Origin: Candidatus Babeliales bacterium | Lineage (GTDB): Bacteria; Babelota; Babeliae; Babelales; JBFXEV01 | DNA: 64,000 bases | Assembly (NCBI GenBank): GCA_050179755.1 | Contig: JBFXEV010000001.1 | Location: 681,994 to 745,993 of the forward strand | Reading direction: 5' to 3' | Shown here: piece after piece, positions 49,234 through 59,245 of the stretch | How the letters are laid out: the number at the start of each line of letters is the position of its first letter | How positions within the stretch are numbered: position 1 is the first letter of the stretch | Made by a program: the position numbers and the translations under genes | The notes under the pieces: model-generated | What the model was told of the DNA's origin: nothing | What the model saw: only the letters and a program-made list of their open reading frames with translations | Databases searched by the model: none

Positions 49234-49850
49234 TTTTTATCCCCCACTAATACCCAGTCGTCTTCCAGATTCTCCCATTGCGCTAAAATTGTTTTAAGTT
49301 GCGCATTTTTTGCATAGGAAGATGCTTTTTTACCATCTTTTGTAACTGAGAAGGCTCCTTTATCATGCAAAAGAACCGCTACTTTTAAAAGCCCCAATTG
49401 AGTTGCCATAAAAAGAGGCGGCATGCCCGCTTTGGTTGCCTCATTTACCAGTTTAACTGCGTCTGCTTTATCAATCCTTAAAAGGAGCATGGAAAGTACG
49501 TCATAGAGTAATTGTGAGGCTTTTGGCTCGCCATATTTTGCTACCGCTAATTTGTAACCTTGTAAAGCAGCACTAATAAGCGTATTGCCATTATCGCGCG
49601 CGTTCATTATTTCTTGAGCAGTTAATTTGCGATTTTTAGTAAGATCGAGAAGCACTTGGTAAAAGCCTTTTTCAGAGGCTTGAAAGAATTTTTTAACATC
49701 TTCGTTTGAACCTAAAAGGGCAAGGGGTAAGCATAAAAAACTGCTTACGGCGATAGTCTTTAAGATAATGGCTTTCATGAGAGCTCCTGTTTTTTGGCTT
49801 TTAATCTTGTGTAGCCTTGTTAATTTCAGTGTACCAATTTGGCTATTCAA
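49230..49850 (-). CDS. Secreted ankyrin-like protein
   Basis: Probable start MKAII; GNTLISAA, GMPPLFMA, LHDKGA. Confidence 0.7.
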   Translation of the reverse strand: MNSQIGTLKLTRLHKIKSQKTGALMKAIILKTIAVSSFLCLPLALLGSNEDVKKFFQASEKGFYQVLLDLTKNRKLTAQEIMNARDNGNTLISAALQGYKLAVAKYGEPKASQLLYDVLSMLLLRIDKADAVKLVNEATKAGMPPLFMATQLGLLKVAVLLHDKGAFSVTKDGKKASSYAKNAQLKTILAQWENLEDDWVLVGDKK

Positions 49851-49903
49851 ATAGCAATAAAGGCAATGCTTGAATGGTGAATTAAGTCATTCATTGTTTT
49901 GTA

Positions 49904-50380
49904 ATGCGTGAATTTGTTATAATTATGGTAGAAAGATGCCGTAAATTGAGGAATAAGTTTATGAAGCTACAGAGAATAACGTCTTGTTTTTTTTTATTAA
50001 TCTTAGTGCTTTATGCACGCGATCAGTATGCTCAAACCAGTACTGTTAATACCATTATTATTAATAATGAGTCTGGTATGGATATTACCGTGTTACTTAA
50101 TTATGAAGATAATACGTCGGTTACCCAATTTGTGATGAAGGGCGAAAAGAAAACATTTTATGCCCAAGATCAGTGCCTTTATGGCATTTCACTCTATAGT
50201 GAGCGTTGGCGTAATGTTACCGATATAGATTTTGACGATAAGCTTATTATTCCGGTAACATGGAACAGGTGCCAGGGTTGGATCTTTACAATAAAAAAAC
50301 GCAGCGATGGCACCGTGCACATAGCACGTAAGCAAAGTGTTCGCGCGCAAAGAGAACAACAGACTAAGGCCGGCACTTAA
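49904..50380 (+). CDS. Small secreted protein, family B-like
   Basis: Probable start MKLQ; INNES..CLYGI..RC. Confidence 0.55.
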   Translation: MREFVIIMVERCRKLRNKFMKLQRITSCFFLLILVLYARDQYAQTSTVNTIIINNESGMDITVLLNYEDNTSVTQFVMKGEKKTFYAQDQCLYGISLYSERWRNVTDIDFDDKLIIPVTWNRCQGWIFTIKKRSDGTVHIARKQSVRAQREQQTKAGT

Positions 50381-51434
50381 TATACCATCCTTGAGCAATA
50401 ATATCCTGCACTTTTTCAAATTCGTGTTTAAATGCATGATCACATTCAGTCAGTCGTTTGAGCGTAGTGCCTTGCAATACTAACGGATTAATGCCCCTAA
50501 ACTTGCCAATCATGTGAATATCGTAATCGTCTTTGGTGCTTAAACAAATGATATCCATAAAGTTTTTTAACTTATGCATATGCCCCTTTATTTCAGGGTC
50601 ATTGCAGCTGGTGAGCTTCTGCCAGACTACGTCATCAATAGAAAAATGTATGTCATGTTTATTAATGAGATCTATTGCGCATGCGCGATGCAGTGCTTGC
50701 GCTGCCCATTTATAGGTAATAAGGCCAGATGCTGACGCAAATTCATTTTTGGTTAATGATAAAGCGCAATCTGCAAAAAGGCGTGCTGCATGTACGTCAT
50801 CAAAATACCATTGATCATTTTTAGTTTTAAGATGAGATAATAGATAGGTAATATCTTCTTTTGTTATAATATTTTTTAATTGACCACCAAAAAGCACATA
50901 TTCAAGCCGATCAGCACAAATTTCGGGAATATCTTGTTCAAGAAGTTTAAATTCCCCACTTTTATGAATAATATCTGCAATTTCATAGCCATATTTATGG
51001 AGCAGAGCTTTTAGTTCCGTTTGCTCAATAAACCAATGGTGAATGCTATCTTGATATGAATCGTTGTGTGACGCAGTGTATAAAAAGTCACCCACATGCG
51101 AGAACACGGTATGTGAAACATCATGGAGTAGCCCTGCAATTTGTTCTTCAAGGGGAGCGCCATACAATCGAAGTAGTACCATAACTCCCACTGAATGTGT
51201 GTAGCGTGAATATGGTGGTAAATTTTTTATAAATGGCGTAATGCCATATTGATTAATATGCTCAAGGCGCTTCATTGAAGGTGAATGTAATAACTCAATG
51301 AGAACTGGTTCGGTAATGGTTACGGTGCCATAGAGTGTTGTGACTGTACTAGCGTTTGGAAGCTTGTTTTGTAAGCTTTGGGGTTTAATTGTAATCATAT
51401 CCCCTCCTGGTGTTATTGATATCTTCTTTTTCAT
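50364..51434 (-). CDS. HD-domain phosphohydrolase
   Basis: SRYTHSVGV, GLLHDVSHTVFSH, CADRLEY. Confidence 0.88.
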   Translation of the reverse strand: MKKKISITPGGDMITIKPQSLQNKLPNASTVTTLYGTVTITEPVLIELLHSPSMKRLEHINQYGITPFIKNLPPYSRYTHSVGVMVLLRLYGAPLEEQIAGLLHDVSHTVFSHVGDFLYTASHNDSYQDSIHHWFIEQTELKALLHKYGYEIADIIHKSGEFKLLEQDIPEICADRLEYVLFGGQLKNIITKEDITYLLSHLKTKNDQWYFDDVHAARLFADCALSLTKNEFASASGLITYKWAAQALHRACAIDLINKHDIHFSIDDVVWQKLTSCNDPEIKGHMHKLKNFMDIICLSTKDDYDIHMIGKFRGINPLVLQGTTLKRLTECDHAFKHEFEKVQDIIAQGWYIKCRP

Positions 51435-51583
51435 TTTTAGTGTAGTTGATTTGCTATGTTTTAAGGAATAGTTTGCAGCGCATCATTGTTTTGTTAATGC
51501 AATTAGTTTAAATGTTGACTTTATTTTATAATTTTAATTACAATTATAATGAGTAGATGTTTTGTGTTTAAAAAGGAACGATT

Positions 51584-51952
51584 ATGAAGAATATTTTTTT
51601 TGCCATGCTTTCTGTGCTTTTAACTAGTTTTAGTTTAAACCTTATGGCAGCGGCAGTTGATTTTCATTTTGAAAACAATACGGACGAAGCAGTAACATTA
51701 GGAGCGGTTTTTAGTGGTAAACAAGGCCCAAAAAGTCGCACCATAATGCTTGCTGCGCATGAATCAAAAAAAGAAGTTTTTGAAGGCTGTTTGCAAGAAG
51801 TGCGTACCGAGCCTAACGCAGATTTGGCGATCAAGGGCATGGAGCAACAAACGATATGGAAGCCAAGTAAAAAATATGGTTGCAAATCAATGACCACGAG
51901 CGTGCATCAAGCAACTAATGGTGCGCTTGAGCTTGTTTTTGTGTATCAATAA
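51584..51952 (+). CDS. Small secreted protein, family B-like
   Basis: Signal peptide; FENNTD..CLQEV..GC. Confidence 0.6.
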   Translation: MKNIFFAMLSVLLTSFSLNLMAAAVDFHFENNTDEAVTLGAVFSGKQGPKSRTIMLAAHESKKEVFEGCLQEVRTEPNADLAIKGMEQQTIWKPSKKYGCKSMTTSVHQATNGALELVFVYQ

Positions 51953-52038
51953 AAGCATACGATTCTCAATTACTTAAGCGTATTGCATAGACACTTTGTG
52001 TGTATGTGATACGCTTTTTTTATATTCAAGGAGATTTT

Positions 52039-52701
52039 ATGAAATTATTTATTGATACCTCAAACTTACATGACATCAAACGCTGGTATGATATGGGCAT
52101 TCTCGATGGCGTTACAACAAATCCCACTAATTTATCAAAAGAAGGTGGGGACCCCAAAAAGCATATACAAGAAATGTGCGCGCTCATGAAAGATCACGAT
52201 ATAAGCGTTGAGGTAACTGAAGCAGACCCACAACTTGTCTATAAACAAGCTAAAGCCATTGCAGCACTTGCCAAAAATGTGGTAGTAAAAATTCCTTGCC
52301 ATCGCGATTATTATGCGGTAATTAATAAGTTGGTACAAGAAGGCGTTGCTCTTAATATCACCCTTGTTTTTACCGTGCTTCAGGGTATGCTCATGGCCAA
52401 AATGGGCGTGCGTTATATTTCACCTTTTGTTGGCAGATGGGATGATATTGATGTTGACGGTAATGAGCTTATACATGAAATGCGTTCTATGATAGATGAC
52501 TATTGTTATCAAGATACTGCTATTTTGGCAGCTTCGTTGCGTACGGTGCGCGATGTGCATAATGCCGTTATTAATGGGGCTGACGTTGCAACGCTACCTT
52601 CATCGTTACTAGAAAAAATAACTGATCATCCATTAACCAATCGTGGTATAGAATTGTTTACTGAAGATTGGAAAAAATTAGGGATCAAACAGTTTCCTTA
52701 A
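52039..52701 (+). CDS. tal: Transaldolase / fructose-6-phosphate aldolase family
   Basis: LFIDT, GVTTNP, VVKIP, NITLVF, YISPFVGR; AAGGAG RBS before ATG 52039. Confidence 0.9.
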   Translation: MKLFIDTSNLHDIKRWYDMGILDGVTTNPTNLSKEGGDPKKHIQEMCALMKDHDISVEVTEADPQLVYKQAKAIAALAKNVVVKIPCHRDYYAVINKLVQEGVALNITLVFTVLQGMLMAKMGVRYISPFVGRWDDIDVDGNELIHEMRSMIDDYCYQDTAILAASLRTVRDVHNAVINGADVATLPSSLLEKITDHPLTNRGIELFTEDWKKLGIKQFP

Positions 52702-53106
52702 TTAAATTTCTATACCTTCAAGAATATCGCGCATCATCTCATAAAGAGAAGTAAATGTTTCTAGCGTATCATGAGCATCTTCTTCCGATTCTTTTATATT
52801 TTTTTCGGTTATGTTTTCAAGATGTGCAGAAAGATATTTAAATTCTTTACCGGTAATGATTTTTTCTTTTTGAGCTGTATGAAGAATATCGTCAGAGGTA
52901 GGCGACTCTAAAGGAATTGCGCATATATTTTCAATGTAATCGGCTAAGAAGTTCAAAAAAAGATCGCGTGACTCTATATATGATTCTAGGAGCAAATCAA
53001 ATGTTTCAGCTGAAATTTCATCGCTATCAATAGTATCAAGAATGTCTTGCATATCGGATAGCGCATGTAGCGCATCTTGATAAGTTGTGAGCATCTCTTC
53101 CATCAA
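52702..53106 (-). CDS. Acidic helical protein, possibly degenerate HEPN/HI0074-like
   Basis: Pattern FL.FL.DYIE....SP..DIL..A.KEKII; no Rx4H motif. Confidence 0.4.
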   Translation of the reverse strand: MMEEMLTTYQDALHALSDMQDILDTIDSDEISAETFDLLLESYIESRDLFLNFLADYIENICAIPLESPTSDDILHTAQKEKIITGKEFKYLSAHLENITEKNIKESEEDAHDTLETFTSLYEMMRDILEGIEI

Positions 53107-53548
53107 ATATCCTTGCTAAGGTAATTCTGTTTATTCCATTTTTGCAGCATTTGGCCACAAAGAGAACTTACTTATGCAAAAAAAGTATAGACGAAGTTGC
53201 TTTATTTGTCAGTAGTTTTTGATTCGAAATTTGTACCAAAATACTCTATAAGCGCCGCTGCTTGGGAAAGTTAAGTTATCTTCGTGGTTTGCCAGAGATT
53301 GACAGCTACTGACAGTATGCGCTTGTGTTTGAGATGTTTTATTATATTTTTGCCATATAAGATTATTAATCGCGGTAAGTGCATTAAGATATCAATTCGC
53401 TTAGTTTGTTCCAATGTGTAATTTAAAGAAGGAGTAAAAGAAAGAATCACAGTAACGAGTAATCGTATGAGCATAATATTCTTTCTTTTAAGGCTATACT
53501 AATATAAGGTATGAAGATTGTGATATTTGACGAGAGTGTAATGTTAGT

Positions 53549-54718
53549 ATGACGGAAAATAAAAATTTATCAATTGTATTTATTACCAATAATTGGATTC
53601 CTTTTAGTGCGGGAGTTGTAAGTTCCATTACAGCGTTTAGGCAAGAACTTATGCGCCAGGGGCATCACGTGACGGTGGTAACTCTGGATTTTAAACGCTC
53701 TTTGCATGAGCCTGAAGATGGCGTGATTCGTGTGTATTGCCCTATTAAATTTTCATATAAAGGTATACCCCTTGCGGTGCCTTTGCGCGCCGATAAGCAA
53801 GTTCGCGATATTATTAATAAGTTACAACCGGATATTATTCATTCTCATCATCCATTTTTATTAGGAATTTCAGCATTAAAGGCTGCAAAAACGGAGAAAA
53901 TACCTTGTATTTTTACCTATCATAGCTTATATGAAAAATATACGCATTATATTCCCATGCCGCAGCAATTATTAAAAAAGCTTGTGCGTTTTCGCGTAAA
54001 AAAATATTGCAAGCAAGTAGATGGCATTATGTTACCAGGTAAAGAAACCAAACGACTGCTTATTCGCGATGATATTACAACACCGCATATAGTATTGCCA
54101 AGTCCCTTGCAAGAAGTCTATATGCGCAAGCGTGTGCAAAGTGTGCAACGTATACATAGGGCAGCAACACAACCGTTTCGCCTAATGACTTGTAGCAGAT
54201 TTGTAAAAGAGAAAAATATTCCTTTTTTGCTTGAATGTTTTGCGCGCCTTGATCAAACCAAGTTCAGCTTTACGCTTGCGGGCTTTGGCAATGAACTAGA
54301 AGCATTGCAAACCTGTGCATACCAGACATTCAAGCTATCACCAACTACGGTTAAATTTGCCATTAAACTGCCTTTGGAAGATCTGTGTGCTTTGTATGCA
54401 GCACACGATCTTTTTATTTTCTCGTCACTTGCAGAAACACAAGGGTTAGTTTTGGCAGAAGCAATGGTTAATGGGTTACCGGTGGTGGCCCTTAATGGTC
54501 CGGGGCAAGAAGACATTATAATACATGGTGAAAATGGCTTTTTGGTACATAATCAAAAAGAAATGCAACAGGCTATTGAACACCTAGCAGGCGACGGTGA
54601 TCTGCATTATCGTCTGCGGTGTAATGCGCTTGAAACTGCAAAGCGGTATACGCCTGGATTTTTAACGGAGCAATTGGTTGATTTTTATCGGCGTTTTTTG
54701 CCCGCGAGCAGTGAGTAA
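53549..54718 (+). CDS. Glycosyltransferase family 4
   Basis: GVVSSI, DIIHSHHPF, FTYHSLYE, EKNI, ETQGLVLAEAM..GLPVVA. Confidence 0.9.
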   Translation: MTENKNLSIVFITNNWIPFSAGVVSSITAFRQELMRQGHHVTVVTLDFKRSLHEPEDGVIRVYCPIKFSYKGIPLAVPLRADKQVRDIINKLQPDIIHSHHPFLLGISALKAAKTEKIPCIFTYHSLYEKYTHYIPMPQQLLKKLVRFRVKKYCKQVDGIMLPGKETKRLLIRDDITTPHIVLPSPLQEVYMRKRVQSVQRIHRAATQPFRLMTCSRFVKEKNIPFLLECFARLDQTKFSFTLAGFGNELEALQTCAYQTFKLSPTTVKFAIKLPLEDLCALYAAHDLFIFSSLAETQGLVLAEAMVNGLPVVALNGPGQEDIIIHGENGFLVHNQKEMQQAIEHLAGDGDLHYRLRCNALETAKRYTPGFLTEQLVDFYRRFLPASSE

Positions 54719-54783
54719 CCTAACTCGCGGTGCCAGCGCAGGCCTTTGCCAAAACGCCCATTTAATGCTATTATTGGTATGAT

Positions 54784-56763
54784 ATGAAAAAACTATTTAA
54801 GCTTCATGCTCCTTTTGAACCTGCAGGTAGTCAGCCTGAGGCTATTAAGAAGCTGGTGAAGTCTCGCCCTGGGATCTCTACCCTTATTGGGGTAACAGGT
54901 TCTGGCAAGACGTTTACTATGGCTAACGTGATAGCATCGCAGGGTAAGCCCGTTCTCATCTTATCTCCCAACAAAACCCTGGCAGCTCAGTTGTATGAAG
55001 AATTCTCACAATTTTTTCCTGAAAATAAGGTGTGCTATTTTGTCAGCTATTATGACTATTATCAGCCAGAATCTTATTTGCCCGCTCAAGACGTCTATGT
55101 AGCCAAAGAGACTAAGGTTAACAGTGAGATCGAGCGTTTACGCGTAGAAGCTACTGCGTCACTCATTAATAGAGAAGATACTATTGTGATCGCATCGGTT
55201 TCTGCCATCTATTCTTTGGGTAATCCAGGCGATTATCGCGATTTAGGGTTTGCCCTTAAAGTAGGTCAAAAAATTAAGCGCCGCGATCTTGTTGATCAAC
55301 TTATTTATATTCAGTATCAGCGCAATGATGTGCAAAAAGCACCTGGCATGTTTTCAGTGGTAGGAAACACGCTTGAAGTGCGTTTGCCCTATCAAGACGC
55401 AGTGCTTCGTATTGAGCTATTTGGTGATGTTATTGAATCGCTTCAATGGGTTGATAAAATGAATAACATCGTGCAAATGGCCCTTGATAATACTATTATT
55501 TTCCCGGCAAAACACTTTGTTACCACACCCGCAAAAAAAGAAATGGCAATGCGCAGCATTGAGCGTGAACTTGAAGAGCAATTACCGCAGATTCAAAATG
55601 TGGTAGTGCGCGAGCGTTTGAAACAACGCGTGAATCACGATCTTGAAATGCTTGCTGAGGTTGGTTATTGCTCTGGCATTGAAAATTATTCTGCTCATTT
55701 TGAGGGTAGACCATCGGGAGAGCCTCCGTATTGTTTATTTGATTTCTTCCCCAAAGATTTTTTACTTATTATTGATGAATCGCATATGGCATTACCGCAA
55801 TTGCGTGGTATGCATGCAGGTGACAGGTCTCGCAAAACTTCTTTAATTGAACATGGTTTTAGATTACCATCAGCGTATGATAACCGTCCGCTTAAATTTG
55901 AAGAAATTGAACGCTATTTTAAAGACGTTTTGTTTGTTTCTGCAACGCCCGGTGATTATGAGCTTGCGCATTCAGATGCCGTGGTGGAACAATTAATTAG
56001 ACCAACTGGTTTGGTGGATCCTATTGTTGAAGTGCATAAGCGTGAAGGCCAGATTGATCATTTGATTAACCAAATTAAAGAAACGAGAGATAAAGGATTC
56101 CGTTCACTTGTTATGGTTATGACTAAGCAATCTGCCGAGCAAATGGCAAACTATTTAGAAGAACGACAACTAAAAGTATGTTATCTGCACTCTGAACTTA
56201 AAACGCCAAAACGCACCGAGCTTTTGCAAAAATTACGTTTAGGCGTATTTGATGTTTTGGTTGGTGTGAACTTGCTGCGTGAAGGGATTGATTTACCCGA
56301 AGTTGCCTTAGTTGCCATAATGGATGCCGATATTGAAAGTTTCATGCGTGATAAACGTTCACTCATTCAGATTATGGGCCGTGCAGCACGTAACACTGAA
56401 TCAAAAGTTATTTTGTATGCAGATAAAGTAACGCAATCAATGCGCCTTGCAATGCAAGAATCTTCGCGTCGGCGCGAATTGCAACAAGCATATAATGAAG
56501 AACATAATATTACGCCACAATCTGTGCAACGAGAAGTCACTAAAACTATTACTGACTTGCAAGCTGCCATTGAAGCGGCATCGAAATCAAATAAAAGCAA
56601 AAAAGCTCGTGAAGCAAATATGTCTGATACAGACTTGCATAAACGTCTTGTTGAAATTGAAGTTGAAATGCGAACCGCTGCTGAAAATCTTGATTTTGAA
56701 AAAGCAATTGCATTGCGTGAAGAATGGCGCAGACTGCACTCGCTATCGTCTAAAAAAGACTAA
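54784..56763 (+). CDS. uvrB: Excinuclease ABC subunit B
   Basis: GVTGSGKT, FVSYYDYYQPE, DESH, IRPTGLVDP, NLLREGIDLPEV, C-terminal UVR domain. Confidence 0.98.
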   Translation: MKKLFKLHAPFEPAGSQPEAIKKLVKSRPGISTLIGVTGSGKTFTMANVIASQGKPVLILSPNKTLAAQLYEEFSQFFPENKVCYFVSYYDYYQPESYLPAQDVYVAKETKVNSEIERLRVEATASLINREDTIVIASVSAIYSLGNPGDYRDLGFALKVGQKIKRRDLVDQLIYIQYQRNDVQKAPGMFSVVGNTLEVRLPYQDAVLRIELFGDVIESLQWVDKMNNIVQMALDNTIIFPAKHFVTTPAKKEMAMRSIERELEEQLPQIQNVVVRERLKQRVNHDLEMLAEVGYCSGIENYSAHFEGRPSGEPPYCLFDFFPKDFLLIIDESHMALPQLRGMHAGDRSRKTSLIEHGFRLPSAYDNRPLKFEEIERYFKDVLFVSATPGDYELAHSDAVVEQLIRPTGLVDPIVEVHKREGQIDHLINQIKETRDKGFRSLVMVMTKQSAEQMANYLEERQLKVCYLHSELKTPKRTELLQKLRLGVFDVLVGVNLLREGIDLPEVALVAIMDADIESFMRDKRSLIQIMGRAARNTESKVILYADKVTQSMRLAMQESSRRRELQQAYNEEHNITPQSVQREVTKTITDLQAAIEAASKSNKSKKAREANMSDTDLHKRLVEIEVEMRTAAENLDFEKAIALREEWRRLHSLSSKKD

Positions 56764-56774
56764 AGTTTAGTAGC

Positions 56775-56801
56775 CACGCCATAGCTTTTAGCGACGGCGG
56801 G
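56775..56801. repeat. Short REP-like palindrome
   Basis: CGCCATAGCTTTTAGCGACGGCG; related core CTTCGCTAAAGCTTCG lies inside the 60531 repeat. Confidence 0.45.
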
Positions 56802-56812
56802 CAGAAAAAATG

Positions 56813-56840
56813 ATGCCCCTCTTTCAAGGGGCATATTTTT
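56813..56840. terminator. Bidirectional terminator between uvrB and the ABC permease
   Basis: ATGCCCCT/AGGGGCAT stem with flanking A and T tracts. Confidence 0.7.
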
Positions 56841-57626
56841 TTATATATAATCTAATCGTGTTTTAAGTCTCTTTAATCCATGCCATGTACACAGTATGGT
56901 AAACAATGCAATCATTACACAGCAGAACCAAAAGTTAAGTGATCCTTCTTGCCCAAGTACTGATGCACGCATGCCTTCCATAACATAGAGCATAGGATTT
57001 GCCAAGCTTACGTATGCCATAATGGGGCTTACTTGATGCAACACTTCATATGAATATTGGAATCCACCAAGAAACCATATGGGGTATACAAAACGCATCC
57101 AAATACTGCCAATTTGTTCCATGCCTGAAATGCGCGTGGTGATCCACAATGCAAATGCTGCGGAAAAAATGTTTGAAAGCAAAAACACAATACAAAATTT
57201 AAATAAGCTAAATTCAGCAAGGCTAAATTCATTCCATACCAGCAACTTGCTAATAGGTAAAATCAATATGCTAATCACCGTTGTGTTAATGGTCATATAG
57301 ACCAATTTTTCTATCCACACTAACCATGATGGCATGGGTAGCGTTAGATAAAACGATGTTATATTAAGTCCAGTAAAGTCACTTATAAAATTAGTAGCAC
57401 TTGAATAAACTTCAAAAAGTCCTGCACTGCCAATTAAACTCGCGATTAAAAAACCACTATAATCTTGTGACAGTCCAAATGCGGGCATAAGGTACGTGTT
57501 CACCAGCACCATAGTGATAATCCAGATAAAAAGATCTATCAATTTATCTTTGATTGTTTGTTTGAGTAGTAATAAGTCTGTTGCAAGCAAACTTTTGAAA
57601 ATTGGTACATAAGATAATAATTGCAT
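56841..57626 (-). CDS. ABC-2 type exporter permease
   Basis: Six TM helices; P.WFLGG, NPMLYVMEGMR. Confidence 0.85.
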   Translation of the reverse strand: MQLLSYVPIFKSLLATDLLLLKQTIKDKLIDLFIWIITMVLVNTYLMPAFGLSQDYSGFLIASLIGSAGLFEVYSSATNFISDFTGLNITSFYLTLPMPSWLVWIEKLVYMTINTTVISILILPISKLLVWNEFSLAEFSLFKFCIVFLLSNIFSAAFALWITTRISGMEQIGSIWMRFVYPIWFLGGFQYSYEVLHQVSPIMAYVSLANPMLYVMEGMRASVLGQEGSLNFWFCCVMIALFTILCTWHGLKRLKTRLDYI

Positions 57627-57634
57627 TGTGTTCC

Positions 57635-58372
57635 TTATTCTTTTGGTTCTTGTGTAAGTTCCAAGAATACATCTTCAAGACGCCCCATTTGGAACGTTTT
57701 CATTAAATTAGCTGGCGTATCAATCAATTTAATTTCACCACTTGCCAAGAGCACTACTCGATCAGAAAGTTTTTCAGCTTCTTCCAAATAATGTGTAGTG
57801 AGCAATATACACACACCTTGTGATTTGATTTGCTCAATGTAATACCAGAGTTGATTTCTAATTGCAGGATCAAGTGCCACTGTTGGTTCATCAAGTACAA
57901 TCAATTTTGGTGAATGCATTAATGTTCGTGCAATCATATAGCGTTGCTTCCAACCACCAGAAAGTTCATCTGGCTTTGCATGCAAATATTGATTAATACC
58001 CAAATAGTTATTAAGCTCGGCAAGCCGTTGTGCAATTGCCTCATCACTCATGCCATAATATTTACCTGCAAACTCTAAATTTTGTTTGATGGTAAGCATA
58101 GGGTTAAGATTAGGCTTTTGCGGGCAATAGCCAATGAGCTTGCGGTATTCAGGGATATCTTTATATATTGAAACATCATTATAGAGAATATCGCCTTTTG
58201 AGGCAGGGTGGAGCGTTGCAATGATGGTTGATAACGTTGTTTTACCCGCACCATTAACGCCTAAAAGCCCTACTACTTCACCGGGGTATAAATCGAATGA
58301 TACGCCTTTGAGCGCACGTGTTTGACCATACTGTTTTTCAACAGATCGTATGGATAATAATGGTTTAGTCAT
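57635..58372 (-). CDS. ABC exporter ATP-binding protein
   Basis: GVNGAGKT, LSGG, LDEPT, TTHY; probable start MTKPLL at 58372. Confidence 0.92.
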   Translation of the reverse strand: MTKPLLSIRSVEKQYGQTRALKGVSFDLYPGEVVGLLGVNGAGKTTLSTIIATLHPASKGDILYNDVSIYKDIPEYRKLIGYCPQKPNLNPMLTIKQNLEFAGKYYGMSDEAIAQRLAELNNYLGINQYLHAKPDELSGGWKQRYMIARTLMHSPKLIVLDEPTVALDPAIRNQLWYYIEQIKSQGVCILLTTHYLEEAEKLSDRVVLLASGEIKLIDTPANLMKTFQMGRLEDVFLELTQEPKE

Positions 58373-58392
58373 GTGGTTGACCTTGGTTATAA

Positions 58393-58411
58393 TCAACTTT
58401 TAAAAAGTTGA
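58393..58411. promoter_or_regulatory. Perfect palindrome, possible operator
   Basis: TCAACTTTT-A-AAAAGTTGA, about 20 bp upstream of the ABC ATPase start. Confidence 0.45.
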
Positions 58412-58536
58412 CGATCGTGTATAAGCTAATTTGCTACAGCTTTAAGCAAGCGCAGAAAAATAACTTTATTAAACTTTAATAAAGGGAATATCATTGCCTT
58501 AGCGGCAATTTTTAAGACATCTTAAGTTATTGGAAC

Positions 58537-58566
58537 TTAAGAGATTATGCGGGTGGTGGTTTTCAT
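58537..58566 (-). CDS. Putative leader peptide MKTTTRIIS
   Basis: AGGAG 10 nt upstream; stop codon inside a 9-bp hairpin (58520-58542). Confidence 0.4.
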   Translation of the reverse strand: MKTTTRIIS

Positions 58567-58714
58567 TGGCGGCGTACTCCTATAGTATTAGCCATGTTAG
58601 TTTCTATTATTAATATATTTTATTGTTTGAGAACAGTCAAGGGTATTTTGATTGCAAAGTGAAAAGTTCCGGTTTTTATAATGATTCTAGATTGTTTGCA
58701 GAGGCTTTGGTTAC

Positions 58715-58810
58715 GTAGAAGTTCCACTGGAGTTTTACCTGTATTATCACTGGTGCCGCTGCGCGCGGCGGCGTACGCCTTTTTTGTGCAAATAAGGGTA
58801 CAAAAAGCAC
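58715..58810 (-). repeat. Partial inverted copy of the structured repeat
   Basis: Reverse complement matches the 3' half of copies A and B, ending GGAACTTCTAC. Confidence 0.75.
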
Positions 58811-58963
58811 TTAAGGGCATGCTATCCCTTAAGAATCCCCATACCTTATCAAGTAGATTATTAAATCAACTGGGTTAAATCTCGCCGTCCATATTTTTTG
58901 GTTTCTATGCATACTATTGTGTGGGTGGATGGATATTCACTGGCTCATAATGAAAATTTTAGT

Positions 58964-59159
58964 AGTGGTTCCTCTGCGCGCTGCGTGCATACCTCGTCGT
59001 GAAACGACGTGAGGTATAGCGCTCAGCGATTGAGCGGAATGGTCCAGCAGAATGCTGGTGCTTTTTTGCGTCCTTTTTTTGCACAAAAAAAGGCATGCGC
59101 AGCCGCGCGTAGCGGCACCGGCAATAATGCTTACAAGTAATCAGCGGAACTTCTACATT
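58964..59159 (+). repeat. ~195-bp structured non-coding repeat, copy B
   Basis: Closely matches 18172-18367. Confidence 0.85.
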
Positions 59160-59245
59160 TTATTTTAGAAACTTGCGCTATTGTCTTCTTTGGTATAAGG
59201 CAAGTATATTAATAATGATAAGTTGATTTTCAAAGAGGTAGCAAA

